From: Mobula birostris
Taxonomy: Eukaryota
Direction: 5' to 3'
Assembly (NCBI RefSeq): GCF_030028105.1
Contig: NC_092374.1
Coordinates: 90,672,491 to 90,736,490 of the forward strand
Length of the DNA stretch: 64,000 nt
Below are positions 15,001 through 28,800 of this stretch, one piece after another; position 1 is the stretch's first letter, and each line of letters opens with the position of its first letter. Below the pieces are notes generated by a model. The model ran no database searches. It saw only the letters and a program-made list of their open reading frames with translations, and had not been told where the DNA came from. The position numbers and the translations under genes were made by a program.

Positions 15001-18000
15001 ATCTGACAGTCTTTCCAACCGGCAGTCCATCTACCAGACTGTTTCTCCAAACCTCAGTCCGTCTACCAGATGGTCTCTCCAACGCGCAGTCCGTCTACCA
15101 GACGATTTCTCCAACCGCCCCAGACCGTCTATCTGACCGTCCCTCCAATGCCCAGTCTATCTGAACGTCTCCCCAACGCCCAGTCCATTCACCCGACCGT
15201 CTCTCTGACTCCCCAGTTCATCTACCAGTCCGTCTCTTCGACCCCCCAGCCTGTCTATCTGACCGTCCCTCCAACGCCCAGTCTATCTGACCGACTCTCC
15301 AACCCCCAGTCTATCTGGCCATCTCTCCAACCCCAAGTCTATCTGGCCATCTCTCCAACCCCCCTATCCATCTTCCAGACTGTCTCTCCAACGCCCAGTC
15401 CGTCCATCTGACCGTCTCTCCGACCCCCAGTCCATCAACCATACCGTCTCTCCAACCCCCCCAGTCCGTCTATCTGACCGTCCCTCCAATGCCCAGCCTA
15501 TCTGAACGTCTCTCCAACGCCCAGTCCATCTGACCGTCTCTCCAACGCCCAGTCTATCTGGCCATCTCTCCAACCCCCCAATCCGTCTTCCAGACTGTCT
15601 CTCCAACGCCCAGTCCGTCCATCTGACCGTCTCTCCGACCTCCAGTCCATCAACCATACCGTCTCTCCAACCCGCAGTCCGTCTACCAGACTGTTTCTCC
15701 AAACCTCAGTCCGTCTACCAGATCGTCTCTCCAATGCCCAGTCTGTCTACCAGACCGTCTCTCCAACGCCAATTCCGTCTCCCTGACCGCCTCTACAACG
15801 CGTAATCCGTCTTCCTGACCATCTCTCCAAAGCCCAGTCCATCTGACTGTCTCTCCAACCCCCAGCCTATCTGACCTTCTCACCAACAGCCAGTCCGTCT
15901 ACCAGACCGTCCCTCCAACGCCCAGTCCATCTACCAAACAGCCTCTCCAACGCCCAGTCCATCTACCAGACCGCCTCTCCAACGCCCAGTTCGTCTACCA
16001 GACGGTCTCTCCAATGCCCCAGTCTGTCTATCTGACCGTCCCTCCAACGCCCAGTCTATCTCAACGTCTCTCCAACCCCCAGTCTATCTGGCCAGCTTTC
16101 CAACCCCCAGTCCATCTGGCCATCTCTCCAACCCCCAGTCCATCTGGCCATCTCTCCAACCCCCCAATCCGACTACCAGTCTGTCTCTCCAACTCCCAGT
16201 CCATCCACCTGACCGTCTTTCTGACCCCATAGTCCGTCTACCAGACTGTCTCTCCAACCACCCAGTCTGTATATCTGACCATCACTCCAACGCCGAGTCC
16301 ACCTACCAGACTGTCTCTCCAACGCCCCAGTCCGTCTACCAGACCGTCTCTCCAACGCCCAGTCCGTCTGCCTGACCGTCTCACCAATGCCCAGGCTATC
16401 TGACCTGCTCTCCAACGCCCAGCCTATCTGACCATCTCTCCAAGGCCCAGTCCATCTACCAGACGGTCTCTCCAACGCCCAGTCCGTCCATCTGACCGTT
16501 TCTCCGACCCCCAGTCCGTCAACCAGACCGTCTCTCCAACCCGCCAATCCGTCTAACAGACCTATTCTCCGAGCCCCCAGTCCGTCTACTAGACCGTCTC
16601 TCCAACCGCCCAGTCTGTCTATCTGACCGTCTCTCCAATGCCGAGTCCGTCTACCAGACCGTCTCTGCAACCGCCCAGTCCGTCTACCAGACTGTCTCTC
16701 CAACACCCAGTCTATCTGACGGTCTCTCCAAAGACCCGTCTAACTGACTGTCTTTCCAACCCACAGTCCGTCTGCCAGACTGTTTCTCCAAACCTCAGTC
16801 TGTCTACCAGATCGTCTCTCCAACGCCCAGTCTGTCTACCAGACCGTCTCTCCAACACCCAGTCCGTCTACCAGACCGTCTCTCCAACGCCAATTCCGTC
16901 TACCTGACCATCTTTACAACGCACAGTCCATCTGACTGACCGTCCCTCCAACGCCCAGTCTATCTGAATGACTCTCCAACCCCCAGTCTATCAGGCCATC
17001 TCTCCAACCCTCCAATCATTCTTCCAGACTGTCTCTCCGACCCCCAGTCCGTCTACCAGACCGTCTCTCCAACCACCCAGTCTCTCTATCTGACCGTCTC
17101 TCCAATGCCAATTCCGTCTACCTGACCGTCTCTCCAACGCGCAGTCCATCTGCCTGACCATCTCTCCAACGCCCAGTCTATCTGCCTGACCATCTCTCCA
17201 ACGCCCAGTCTATCTGATTGTCTCTCCAACCCCCAGCCTATCTGACCGTCTCTCCAACAGCCAGTCCGTCTACCAGACCGTCTCTCCAACGCACAGTCCG
17301 TCTACCAGACCGTCTCTCCAACCGCCCAGTCTGTCTATCTGACCATCTCTCCAATGCCGAGTCCGTCTACCAGACCGTCTCTGCAATGCCCAGTCCGTCT
17401 ACCAGACTGCCTCTCCAACGCCCAGTCCGTCTACCAGACCGTCTCTCCAACGCCCAGTCCATCTACCAGACTGTCTCTTCAATGCCCAGTCTATCTGACG
17501 GTCTCTCCAAAGATGTGTCTGTCTGACTGTCTCTCCAACGCCCAGTCTGTCTACCAGACCGTCTCTCCAACGCCAATTCCATCTACCTGACCGTCTCTCC
17601 AACACGCAGTCCGTCTGCCTGACCATCTCTCCAATGCCCAGTCTATCTGACTGTCTCTCCAACCCCCAGCCTATCTGACCGTCTCTCCAACAGCCAGTCC
17701 GTCTACCAGACCGTCTCTCCAATGCCCAGTCCATCTACCAAACCGTCTCTCCAACGCCCAGTCCGTCTACCAGATGGTCTCTCCAATGCCCAAGTCCGTC
17801 TATCTGACCGTCCCTCCAACGCCCAGTCTATCTCAATGTCTCTCCAACCCCCAGTCTATCTGGCCAGCTCTCCAACCCCCAGTCTATCTGGCCATCTCTC
17901 CAAACCCCCAATTCGACTACCAGACTGTCTCTCCAACGCCCAGTCCATCCACCTGACCGTCTTACTGACCCCACAGTCCGTCTACCAGACCGTCTCTCCA

Positions 18001-19850
18001 ACCGCCCAGTCTGTATATCTGACCATCACTCCAACGTCGTCCATCTACCAGACCGTTTCTCCAAAGCCGAGTCTGTCTACCTGACCGTCTCTCCAATGCC
18101 CAGTCCATCTACCAGACTGTCTCTCCAATGCCCAGTCTATCTGACGGTCTCTCCAAAGACGCGTCTATCTGAATGTCTTTCCAACCCGCAGTCCGTCTAC
18201 CAGACTATTTCTCCAAACCTCAGTCCGTCTACCAGATCGTCTCTCCAATGCCCAGTCTGTCTACCAGACCGTCTCTCCAACGCCAATTCCGTCTACCTGA
18301 CCGCCTCTCCAACGCGCAATATGTCTGCCTGACCATCTCTCCAAAGCCCAGTCTATCTGACTGTTTCTCCAACCCCCAGGCTATCTGACCTTCTCACCAA
18401 CAGCCAGTCCGTCTACCAGACCGTCTCTCCAACGCCCAGTCCATCTACCAAACAGCCTCTCCAACGCCCAGTCCATCTACCAGACCGCCTCTCCAACGCC
18501 CAGTCCGTCTACCAGACGGTCTCTCCAATGCCCCAGTCTGTCTATCTGACCGTCCCTCCAACGCCCAGTCTATCTCAACGTCTCTCCAACCCCCAGTCTA
18601 TCTGGCCAGCTCTCCAACCCCCAGTCCACCTGGCCATCTCTCCAACCCCCCAATCCGACTACCAGACTGTCTCTCTAACGCCCATTCCATCCACCTGACT
18701 GCGTTTTTGACCCCAGAGTCCGTCTACCAGACTGTCTCTCCAACCACCCAGTCTGTATATCTGACCATCACTCCAACGCCGAGTCCACCTACCAGACTGT
18801 CTCTCTAACGCCCCAGTCCGTCTACCAGACCGTCTCTCCAACGCCCAGTCCGTCTGCCTGACCGTGTCACCAACGCCCAGGCTATCTGACCTGCTCTCCA
18901 ACGCCCAGCCTATCTGACCATCTCTCCAAGGCCCAGTCCATCTACCAGACGGTCTCTCCAATGCCCGGTCCGTCCATCTGACCGTTTCTCCGACCCCCAG
19001 TCCGTCAACCAGACCGTTTCTCCAACCCGCCAATCCGTCTAACAGACCTACTCTCTGAGCCCCCAGTCCGTCTACTAGACCGTCTCTCCAACCGCCCACT
19101 CTGTCTATCTGACCGTCTCTCCAATGCCGAGTCCGTCTACCAGACCGTCTCTGCAACGCCCAGTCCGTCTACGAGACTGTCTCTCCAACACCCAGTCTAT
19201 CTGACGGTCTCTCCAAAGACCCGTCTAACTGACTGTCTTTCCAACCCACAGTCCATCTACCAGACTGTTTCTCCAAACCTCAGTCCGTCTACAAGATCGT
19301 CTCTCCAACGCCCAGTCTGTCTACCAGACCGTCTCTCCAACACCCAGTCCGTCTACCAGACCGTCTCTCCAACGCCAATTCCGTCTACCTGACCATCTTT
19401 ACAACGCGCAGTCCGTCTGCCTGACGGTCCCTCCAACGCCCAGTCTATCTGAATGACTCTCCAACTCCCAGTCTATCAGGCAATCTCTCCAACCCTCCAA
19501 TCATTCTTCCAGACTGTCTTTCCAACCACCCAGTCTCTCTATCTGACCGTCTCTCCAATGCCAATTCCGTCTACCTGACCGTCTCTCCAACGCGCAGTCC
19601 GTCTGTCTGACCATCTCTCCAACGCCCAGTCTATCTGCCTGACCATCTCTCCAATGCCCAGTCTATCTGACTGTCTCTCCAACCCCCAGCCGATCTGATC
19701 GTCTCTCCAACAGCCAGTCCGTCTACCAGACCGTCTCGCCAACGCCCAGTCCGTCTACCAGACCGTCTCTCCAACGCCCAGTCCGTCTACCAGACCGTCT
19801 CTCCAACGCCCAGTACATCTACCTGACCGTCTCTCCAATGCCCAGTCCGT
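1..19850. repeat. Satellite HOR domain A (kb-scale units; 6,535-bp offset duplication)
   Basis: Sequence at 1 recurs at 6536; identical ORF-track peptides at 93/6628, 286/6821, 917/7452 and 945/7480. Recurrent markers include TAACAGACCTACTCTCCGAGCCCCCAG and CCATTGCGCCGTCTATTTGAC. The right boundary is approximate. Confidence 0.8.
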
Positions 19851-22800
19851 CTACCTGACCATTTCTCCAATGCCCCATCTATCTGATTGTTTCTCCAATG
19901 CCCCAGCTATCTGACTGTCTCTCCAACCTCCAATCCGTCTACCAGACAGTCTATCCAATGCCCAGTCCGTCTACCAGACCGTCTCTCCAACGCCCCAGTC
20001 CGTCTACCAGACCATCTCTCCAACACCCAGTCCGTCTACCAGACCGTCTCTCCAATGCCCATTCCGTCTACCTGACCATCTCTCCAACGCCCAGTCCGTC
20101 TGCCTGACCGTCTCACCAACGCCCAGTCTATCTGACGGGCTCTCCAACGCCCAGCCTATCTGACCGTCTCTCCAAAGCCCAGTCCGCCCACCAGACCGCC
20201 TCTCCAACGCCCAGTCCGCCCACCAGACCGCGTCTCCAACGCCCAGTCCGTCCACCAGACCGCCTCTCCAACGCCCAGTCCGTCCACCAGACCGCCTCTC
20301 CAACGTCCAGTCTGTCTACCAGACGGTCTCTCCAACTCCCCAGTCCGTCTATCTGACCATCCCTCCAATGCCCAGTCTATCTGAACGTCTCTCCAACGCC
20401 CAGTCTATCGACCATCTCTAAAACGCCCAGTCTATCGACCATCTCTCCAACGCCCAGTCCATCCACCCGACCGTCTCTCCGACCCCCCAGCCCGTCTATC
20501 TGACCATCCCTCCAATGCCCAGTCTATCTGACCGACTCTCCAACCCCCAGTCTATCTGGCCATCTCTCCAACCCCCCAATCCATCAACCAGACCGTCTCT
20601 CCAACCCGCCAGTCCATCTAACAGACTGACTCTCCGAGCCCTCAGTCCGTCTGCTAGACCGTCTCTCTAACCGCCCAGTCTGTCTATCTGACCGTCTTTC
20701 CAATGCCGAGTCCGTCTACCAGACCGTCTCTGCAGCGCCCAGTCCGTCTACCTGACCGTCTCTCCAACGTGCAGTTCGTCTACCAGACCGTCTCTCCAAC
20801 GCCCAGTCCATCTACCTGACCGTCTCTCCAATGCCAATTCCGTCTACCTGACTGTCTCTACAATGCGCAGTCCGTCTGCCTGACCATCCCTCCAACGCCC
20901 AGTCTATCTGCTTGGCTCTCCAACCCCCAGTCTATCTGGCCATCTCTCCAAACCCCAATCTACCTAGCCATCTCTCCGACCCCCAGTCCGTCTACCAGAC
21001 CGTCTCTCCAACACCCAGTCCGTCTACCAGACTGTCTCTCCATCGCCCAGTCCGTCTACCAGACCGTCTCTCCAACGCCCACTCTATCTAACGGTCTCTC
21101 CAATGCCCACTCTGTCTGACGGTCTCTCGAAAGACCCGTCTATCTGACTGTCTTTCCAACCCACAATCCGTCTGCCAGACTGTTTCTCCAAACCACAGTC
21201 CGTCTAACAGATCTTCTCTCCAACGCCCAGTCTGTCTACCAGACCGTCTCTCCAACGCCCAGTCCGTCTACCAGACCGTCTCTCCATTGCTCAAGTCCGT
21301 CTACCAGACAGTCCCTCCAATGCACAGTCCGTCTGCCAGACCGTCTCTCCAACCCCCAAGTCCGGCGACCAGACCATCTCTCCGACACCCAGTCCGTCGA
21401 CCAGACCGTCTCTCCAACACCCAGTCCGTCTACCTGACTGTTTCTCCAATGCCCCGTCTATCTGACTGTCTCTTCAACCCCCAGTCCGTCTACCAGGCAG
21501 TCTCTCCAACGCCCCAGTACGTCTACCAGACCGTCTCTCCAACGCCCAGTCCGTCTACCAGACCGTCTCTCCAACCCCCCAGTCCGTCTATCTGACCGTC
21601 CCTCCAACGCCCAGTCTATCTGAACGTCTCTCCAACGCCCAGTCTATCTGAACGTCTCTCCAACGCCCAGTCTATCTGAACGTCTCTCCAACGCCCAGTC
21701 TATCTGAACATCTCTCCAACACCCAGTCCATCCACCCGACCGTCTCTCCAACGTCCAGTCTGTCTACCAGATGGTCTCTCCAACTCCCCAGTCCGTCTAT
21801 CTGACCATCCCTCCAATGCCCAGTCTATCTGAACGTCTCTCCAACGCTCAGTCTATCGACCATCTCTCCAACGCCCAGTCCATCCACCCGACCGTCTCTC
21901 CGACCCCCCAGCCCGTCTATCTGACCATCCCTCCAACGCCCAGTCTATCTGACCGACTCTCCAACCCCCAGTCTATCTGGCCATCTCTCCAACCCCCCAA
22001 TCCGTCTTCCAGACTGTCTCTCCAACGCCCAGTCCATCCACCTGTCCGTCTCTCCGACCCCCAGTCCGTCAACCAGACCGTCTCTCCAACCCGCCAGTCC
22101 ATCTAACAGACCTACTCTCCGAGCCCCCAGTCCGTCTGCTAGACCGTCTCTCCAACCGCCCAGTCTGTCTATCTGACCGTCTTTCCAATGCAGAGTCCGT
22201 CTACCAGACCGACTCTGCAGCGCCCAGTCCGTCTACCTGACCGTCTCTCCAACATGCAGTCCGTCTACCAGACCGCCTCTCCAACGCCCAGTCCGTCTAC
22301 CAGATGGTTTCTCCAACGCCCAGTCCGTCTACCAAACCATCTCTCCAACGCCCAGTCCGTCTACCAGACTGTCTCTCCAACGCCCAGTCTATCTGACGGT
22401 CTCTCCAAAGACCCGTCTATTTGACTGTCTTTCCAACCCGCAGTCCATCTACCAGACTGTTTCTCCAAACCTCAGTCCGTCTACCAGATCTTCTCTCCAA
22501 CGCCCAGTCTGTCTACCAGACCGTCTCTCCAACACCCAGTCCATCTACCTGACCGTCTCTCCAATGCCAATTCCGTCTACCTGACTGTCTCTACAATGCG
22601 CAGTCCGTCTGCCTGACCATCCCTCCAACGCCCAGTCTATCTGCTTGACTCTCCAACCCCCAGTCTATCTGGCCATCTCTCCAAACCCCAATCTACCTAG
22701 CCATCTCTCCGACCCCCAGTCCGTCTACCAGTCCGTCTCTCTGACCCCCTAACCCGTCTATCTGACCGTCCCTCCAACGCCCAGTCTATCTGACCGACTC

Positions 22801-25800
22801 TCCAACCCCCAGTCTATCTGGCCATCTCTCCAACCCCCATGTCTATCTGGCCATCTCTCCAACCCCCCAATCCGTCTTCCAGACTGTCTCTCCAACGCCC
22901 AGTCTGTCTACCAGACCGTCTCTCCAACACCCAGTTCATCTACCAGACCGTCTCTCCAATGCCAATTCCGTCTACCTGACTGTCTCTCCAACACCCAGTC
23001 CGTCTACCAGACCATCTCTCCAACACCCAGTCCGTCTACCTGACCGTCTCTCCAACGCGCAGTCTGTATGCCTGACCGTCTCGCCAACGCCCAGTCTATC
23101 TGACTGTCTCTCCAACCCCCAGCATATCTGACCTTCTCTCCAACAGCCAGTCCGTTTACCAGACTGTCTCTCCAACGCCCAGTCCGCCTACCAGACCGTC
23201 TCTCCATTGCTCAAGTCCGTCTACCAGACAGTCCCTTCAATGCCCAGTCCGTCTGCCAGACCGTCTCTCCAACCCCCAAGTCCGGCGACCAGACCGTCTC
23301 TCCAACCCCCAAGTCCGGCGACCAGACCATCTCTCCGACGCCCAGTCCGTCGACCAGACCGTCTCTCCAACGCCCAGTCCGTCTACCTGACCGTTTCTCC
23401 AATGCCCCGTCTATCTGACTGTCTCTTCAACCCCCAGCATATCTGACCTTCTCTCCAACAGCCAGTCCGTTTACCAGACTGTCTCTCCAACGCCCAGTCC
23501 GCCTACCAGACCGTCTCTCCATTGCTCAAGTCCGTCTACCAGACAGTCCCTTCAATGCCCAGTCCGTCTGCCAGACCGTCTCTCCAACCCCCAAGTCCGG
23601 CGACCAGACCGTCTCTCCAACCCCCAAGTCCGGCGACCAGACCATCTCTCCGACGCCCAGTCCGTCGACCAGACCGTCTCTCCAACGCCCAGTCCGTCTA
23701 CCTGACCGTTTCTCCAATGCCCCGTCTATCTGACTGTCTCTTCAACCCCCAGTCCGTCTACCAGGCAGTCGATCCAATGCCCAGTACGTCCACCAGACCG
23801 TCTCTCCAACGCCCCAGTACGTCTACCAGACCGTCTCTCCAACGCCCAGTCCGTCTACCAGACGGTCTCTCCAACGCCCAGTCCGTCTACCAGACGGTCT
23901 CTCCAACGGCCAGTCCGTCTGCCAGACGGTCTCTCCAACGGCCAGTCCGTCTACCAGACTGTCTCTCCAACCCCCCAGTCCGTCTACCAGACTATCTCTG
24001 CAACCCCCCAGTCCGTCTATCTGACCGTCCCTCCAACGCCCAGTCTACCTGAACGTCTCTCCAATGCCCAGTCTATCTGAACGTCTCTCCAACGCCCAGT
24101 CTATCTGAACATCTCTCCAACACCCAGTCCATCCACCCGACCGTCTCTCCGACTCCCCAGTCCGTCTACCAGTCCGTCTCTCTGACCCCCTAACCCGTCT
24201 ATCTGACCGTCCCTCCAACGCCCAGTCTATCTGACCGACTCTCCAACCCCCAGTCTATCTGGCCATCTCTCCAACCCCCATGTCTATCTGGCCATCTCTC
24301 CAACCCCCCAATCCGTCTTAGAGACTGTCTCTCCAACGCCCAGTCCGTCCACCTGACTGTCTCTCCGACCCCCAGTCCGTCAACCAGACCGTCTCTCCAA
24401 CGGCCAGTCCGCCTCTCCAACGCCCAGTCCGTCTACCAGAACGTCTCTCCAACGCCCAGTCCGTCTAACAGACCGTCTCTCCATTGCTCCAGTCCGTCTA
24501 CAAGACCGTCCCTCCAATGCCCAGTCGTCTACCTGACTGTCTCGCCAATGCCCAGTCCGTCTACCTGACTGTTTCTCCAATGCCCCGTCTATCTGACTGT
24601 TTCTCCAATGCCCCGGCTATCTGACTGTCTCTCTAACCCCCAATCCATCTACCAGACAGTCTATCCAATGCCCAGTCCATCTACCAGACTGTCTCTCCAA
24701 TGCCAATTCCGTCTACCTGACTGTCTCTATAACACCCAGTCTGTCTACCAGACCATCTCTCCAACGCCCAGTCCGTCTACCTGACCGTCTCTCCAACGCG
24801 CAGTCTGTCTGCCTGACCGTCTCGCCAATGCCCAGTCTATCTGACTGTCTCTCCAACCCCCAGCATATCTGACCGTCTCTCCAACAGCCAGTCCGTTTAC
24901 CAGACCGTCTCTCCAACGCCTAGTCCGTCTACCAGACCGTCTCTCCATTGCTCAAGTCCGTCTACCAGACAGTCCCTCCAATGCCCAGTCCGTCTACCTG
25001 ACTGTTTCTCCAATGCCCCGTCTATCTGACTGTCTCTTCAACCCCCAGTCCGTCTACCAGGCAGTCTCTCCAACGCCCCAGTACGTCTACCAGACCGTCT
25101 CTCCAACGCCCAGTCCGTCTACCAGACTGTCTCTCCAACCCCCCAGTCCGTCTATCTGACCGTCCCTCCAACGCCCAGTCTATCTGAACGTCTCTCCAAC
25201 GCCCAGTCTATCTGAACGTCTCTCCAACGCCCAGTCTATCTGAACGTCTCTCCAACGCCCAGTCTATCTGAACATCTCTCCAACACCCAGTCCATCCACC
25301 CGACCGTCTCTCCAACGTCCAGTCTGTCTACCAGATGGTCTCTCCAACTCCCCAGTCCGTCTATCTGACCATCCCTCCAATGCCCAGTCTATCTGAACGT
25401 CTCTCCAACGCTCAGTCTATCGACCATCTCTCCAACGCCCAGTCCATCCACCCGACCATCTCTCCGACCCCCCAGCCCGTCTATCTGACCATCCCTCCAA
25501 CGCCCAGTCTATCTGACCGACTCTCCAACCCCCAGTCTATCTGGCCATCTCTCCAACCCCCCAATCCGTCTTCCAGACTGTCTCTCCAACGCCCAGTCCA
25601 TCCACCTGTCCGTCTCTCCGACCCCCAGTCCGTCAACCAGACCGTCTCTCCAACCCGCCAGTCCATCTAACAGACCTACTCTCCGAGCCCCCAGTCCGTC
25701 TGCTAGACCGTCTCTCCAACCGCCCAGTCTGTCTATCTGACCGTCTTTCCAATGCAGAGTCCGTCTACCAGACCGACTCTGCAGCGCCCAGTCCGTCTAC

Positions 25801-28800
25801 CTGACCGTCTCTCCAACATGCAGTCCGTCTACCAGACCGCCTCTCCAACGCCCAGTCCGTCTACCAGACGGTTTCTCCAACGCCCAGTCCGTCTACCAAA
25901 CCATCTCTCCAACGCCCAGTCCGTCTACCAGACTGTCTCTCCAACGCCCAGTCTATCTGACGGTCTCTCCAAAGACCCGTCTATTTGACTGTCTTTCCAA
26001 CCCGCAGTCCATCTACCAGACTGTTTCTCCAAACCTCAGTCCGTCTACCAGATCTTCTCTCCAACGCCCAGTCTGTCTACCAGACCGTCTCTCCAACACC
26101 CAGTCCATCTACCTGACCGTCTCTCCGACTCCCCAGTCCGTCTACCAGTCCGTCTCTCTGACCCCCTAACCCGTCTATCTGACCGTCCCTCCAACGCCCA
26201 GTCTATCTGACCGACTCTCCAACCCCCAGTCTATCTGGCCATCTCTCCAACCCCCATGTCTATCTGGCCATCTCTCCAACCCCCCAATCCGTCTTAGAGA
26301 CTGTCTCTCCAACGCCCAGTCCGTCCACCTGACTGTCTCTCCGACCCCCAGTCCGTCAACCAGACCGTCTCTCCAACGGCCAGTCCGCCTCTCCAACGCC
26401 CAGTCCGTCTACCAGAACGTCTCTCCAACGCCCAGTCCGTCTAACAGACCGTCTCTCCATTGCTCCAGTCCGTCTACAAGACCGTCCCTCCAATGCCCAG
26501 TCGTCTACCTGACTGTCTCGCCAATGCCCAGTCCGTCTACCTGACTGTTTCTCCAATGCCCCGTCTATCTGACTGTTTCTCCAATGCCCCGGCTATCTGA
26601 CTGTCTCTCTAACCCCCAATCCATCTACCAGACAGTCTATCCAATGCCCAGTCCATCTACCAGACTGTCTCTCCAATGCCAATTCCGTCTACCTGACTGT
26701 CTCTATAACACCCAGTCTGTCTACCAGACCATCTCTCCAACGCCCAGTCCGTCTACCTGACCGTCTCTCCAACGCGCAGTCTGTCTGCCTGACCGTCTCG
26801 CCAATGCCCAGTCTATCTGACTGTCTCTCCAACCCCCAGCATATCTGACCGTCTCTCCAACAGCCAGTCCGTTTACCAGACCGTCTCTCCAACGCCTAGT
26901 CCGTCTACCAGACCGTCTCTCCATTGCTCAAGTCCGTCTACCAGACAGTCCCTCCAATGCCCAGTCCGTCTACCTGACTGTTTCTCCAATGCCCCGTCTA
27001 TCTGACTGTCTCTTCAACCCCCAGTCCGTCTACCAGGCAGTCTCTCCAACGCCCCAGTACGTCTACCAGACCGTCTCTCCAACGCCCAGTCCGTCTACCA
27101 GACTGTCTCTCCAACCCCCCAGTCCGTCTATCTGACCGTCCCTCCAACGCCCAGTCTATCTGAACGTCTCTCCAACGCCCAGTCTATCTGAACGTCTCTC
27201 CAACGCCCAGTCTATCTGAACGTCTCTCCAACGCCCAGTCTATCTGAACATCTCTCCAACACCCAGTCCATCCACCCGACCGTCTCTCCAACGTCCAGTC
27301 TGTCTACCAGATGGTCTCTCCAACTCCCCAGTCCGTCTATCTGACCATCCCTCCAATGCCCAGTCTATCTGAACGTCTCTCCAACGCCCAGTCCATCCAC
27401 CCGACCATCTCTCCGACCCCCCAGCCCGTCTATCTGACCATCCCTCCAACGCCCAGTCTATCTGACCGACTCTCCAACCCCCAGTCTATCTGGCCATCTC
27501 TCCAACCCCCCAATCCGTCTTCCAGACTGTCTCTCCAACGCCCAGTCCATCCACCTGTCCGTCTCTCCGACCCCCAGTCCGTCAACCAGACCGTCTCTCC
27601 AACCCGCCAGTCCATCTAACAGACCTACTCTCCGAGCCCCCAGTCCGTCTGCTAGACCGTCTCTCCAACCGCCCAGTCTGTCTATCTGACCGTCTTTCCA
27701 ATGCAGAGTCCGTCTACCAGACCGACTCTGCAGCGCCCAGTCCGTCTACCTGACCGTCTCTCCAACATGCAGTCCGTCTACCAGACCGCCTCTCCAACGC
27801 CCAGTCCGTCTACCAGACGGTTTCTCCAACGCCCAGTCCGTCTACCAAACCATCTCTCCAACGCCCAGTCCGTCTACCAGACTGTCTCTCCAACGCCCAG
27901 TCTATCTGACGGTCTCTCCAAAGACCCGTCTATTTGACTGTCTTTCCAACCCGCAGTCCATCTACCAGACTGTTTCTCCAAACCTCAGTCCGTCTACCAG
28001 ATCTTCTCTCCAACGCCCAGTCTGTCTACCAGACCGTCTCTCCAACACCCAGTCCATCTACCTGACCGTCTCTCCAATGCCAATTCCGTCTACCTGACTG
28101 TCTCTACAATGCGCAGTCCGTCTGCCTGACCATCCCTCCAACGCCCAGTCTATCTGCTTGACTCTCCAACCCCCAGTCTATCTGGCCATCTCTCCAAACC
28201 CCAATCTACCTAGCCATCTCTCCGACCCCCAGTCCGTCTACCAGTCCGTCTCTCTGACCCCCTAACCCGTCTATCTGACCGTCCCTCCAACGCCCAGTCT
28301 ATCTGACCGACTCTCCAACCCCCAGTCTATCTGGCCATCTCTCCAACCCCCATGTCTATCTGGCCATCTCTCCAACCCCCCAATCCGTCTTCCAGACTGT
28401 CTCTCCAACGCCCAGTCTGTCTACCAGACCGTCTCTCCAACACCCAGTTCATCTACCAGACCGTCTCTCCAATGCCAATTCCGTCTACCTGACTGTCTCT
28501 CCAACACCCAGTCCGTCTACCAGACCATCTCTCCAACACCCAGTCCGTCTACCTGACCGTCTCTCCAACGCGCAGTCTGTATGCCTGACCGTCTCGCCAA
28601 CGCCCAGTCTATCTGACTGTCTCTCCAACCCCCAGCATATCTGACCTTCTCTCCAACAGCCAGTCCGTTTACCAGACTGTCTCTCTAACGCCCAGTCCGT
28701 CTACCAGACCGTCTCTCCATTGCTCAAGTCCGTCTACCAGACAGTCCCTTCAATGCCCAGTCCGTCTGCCAGACCGTCTCTCCAACCCCCAAGTCCGGCG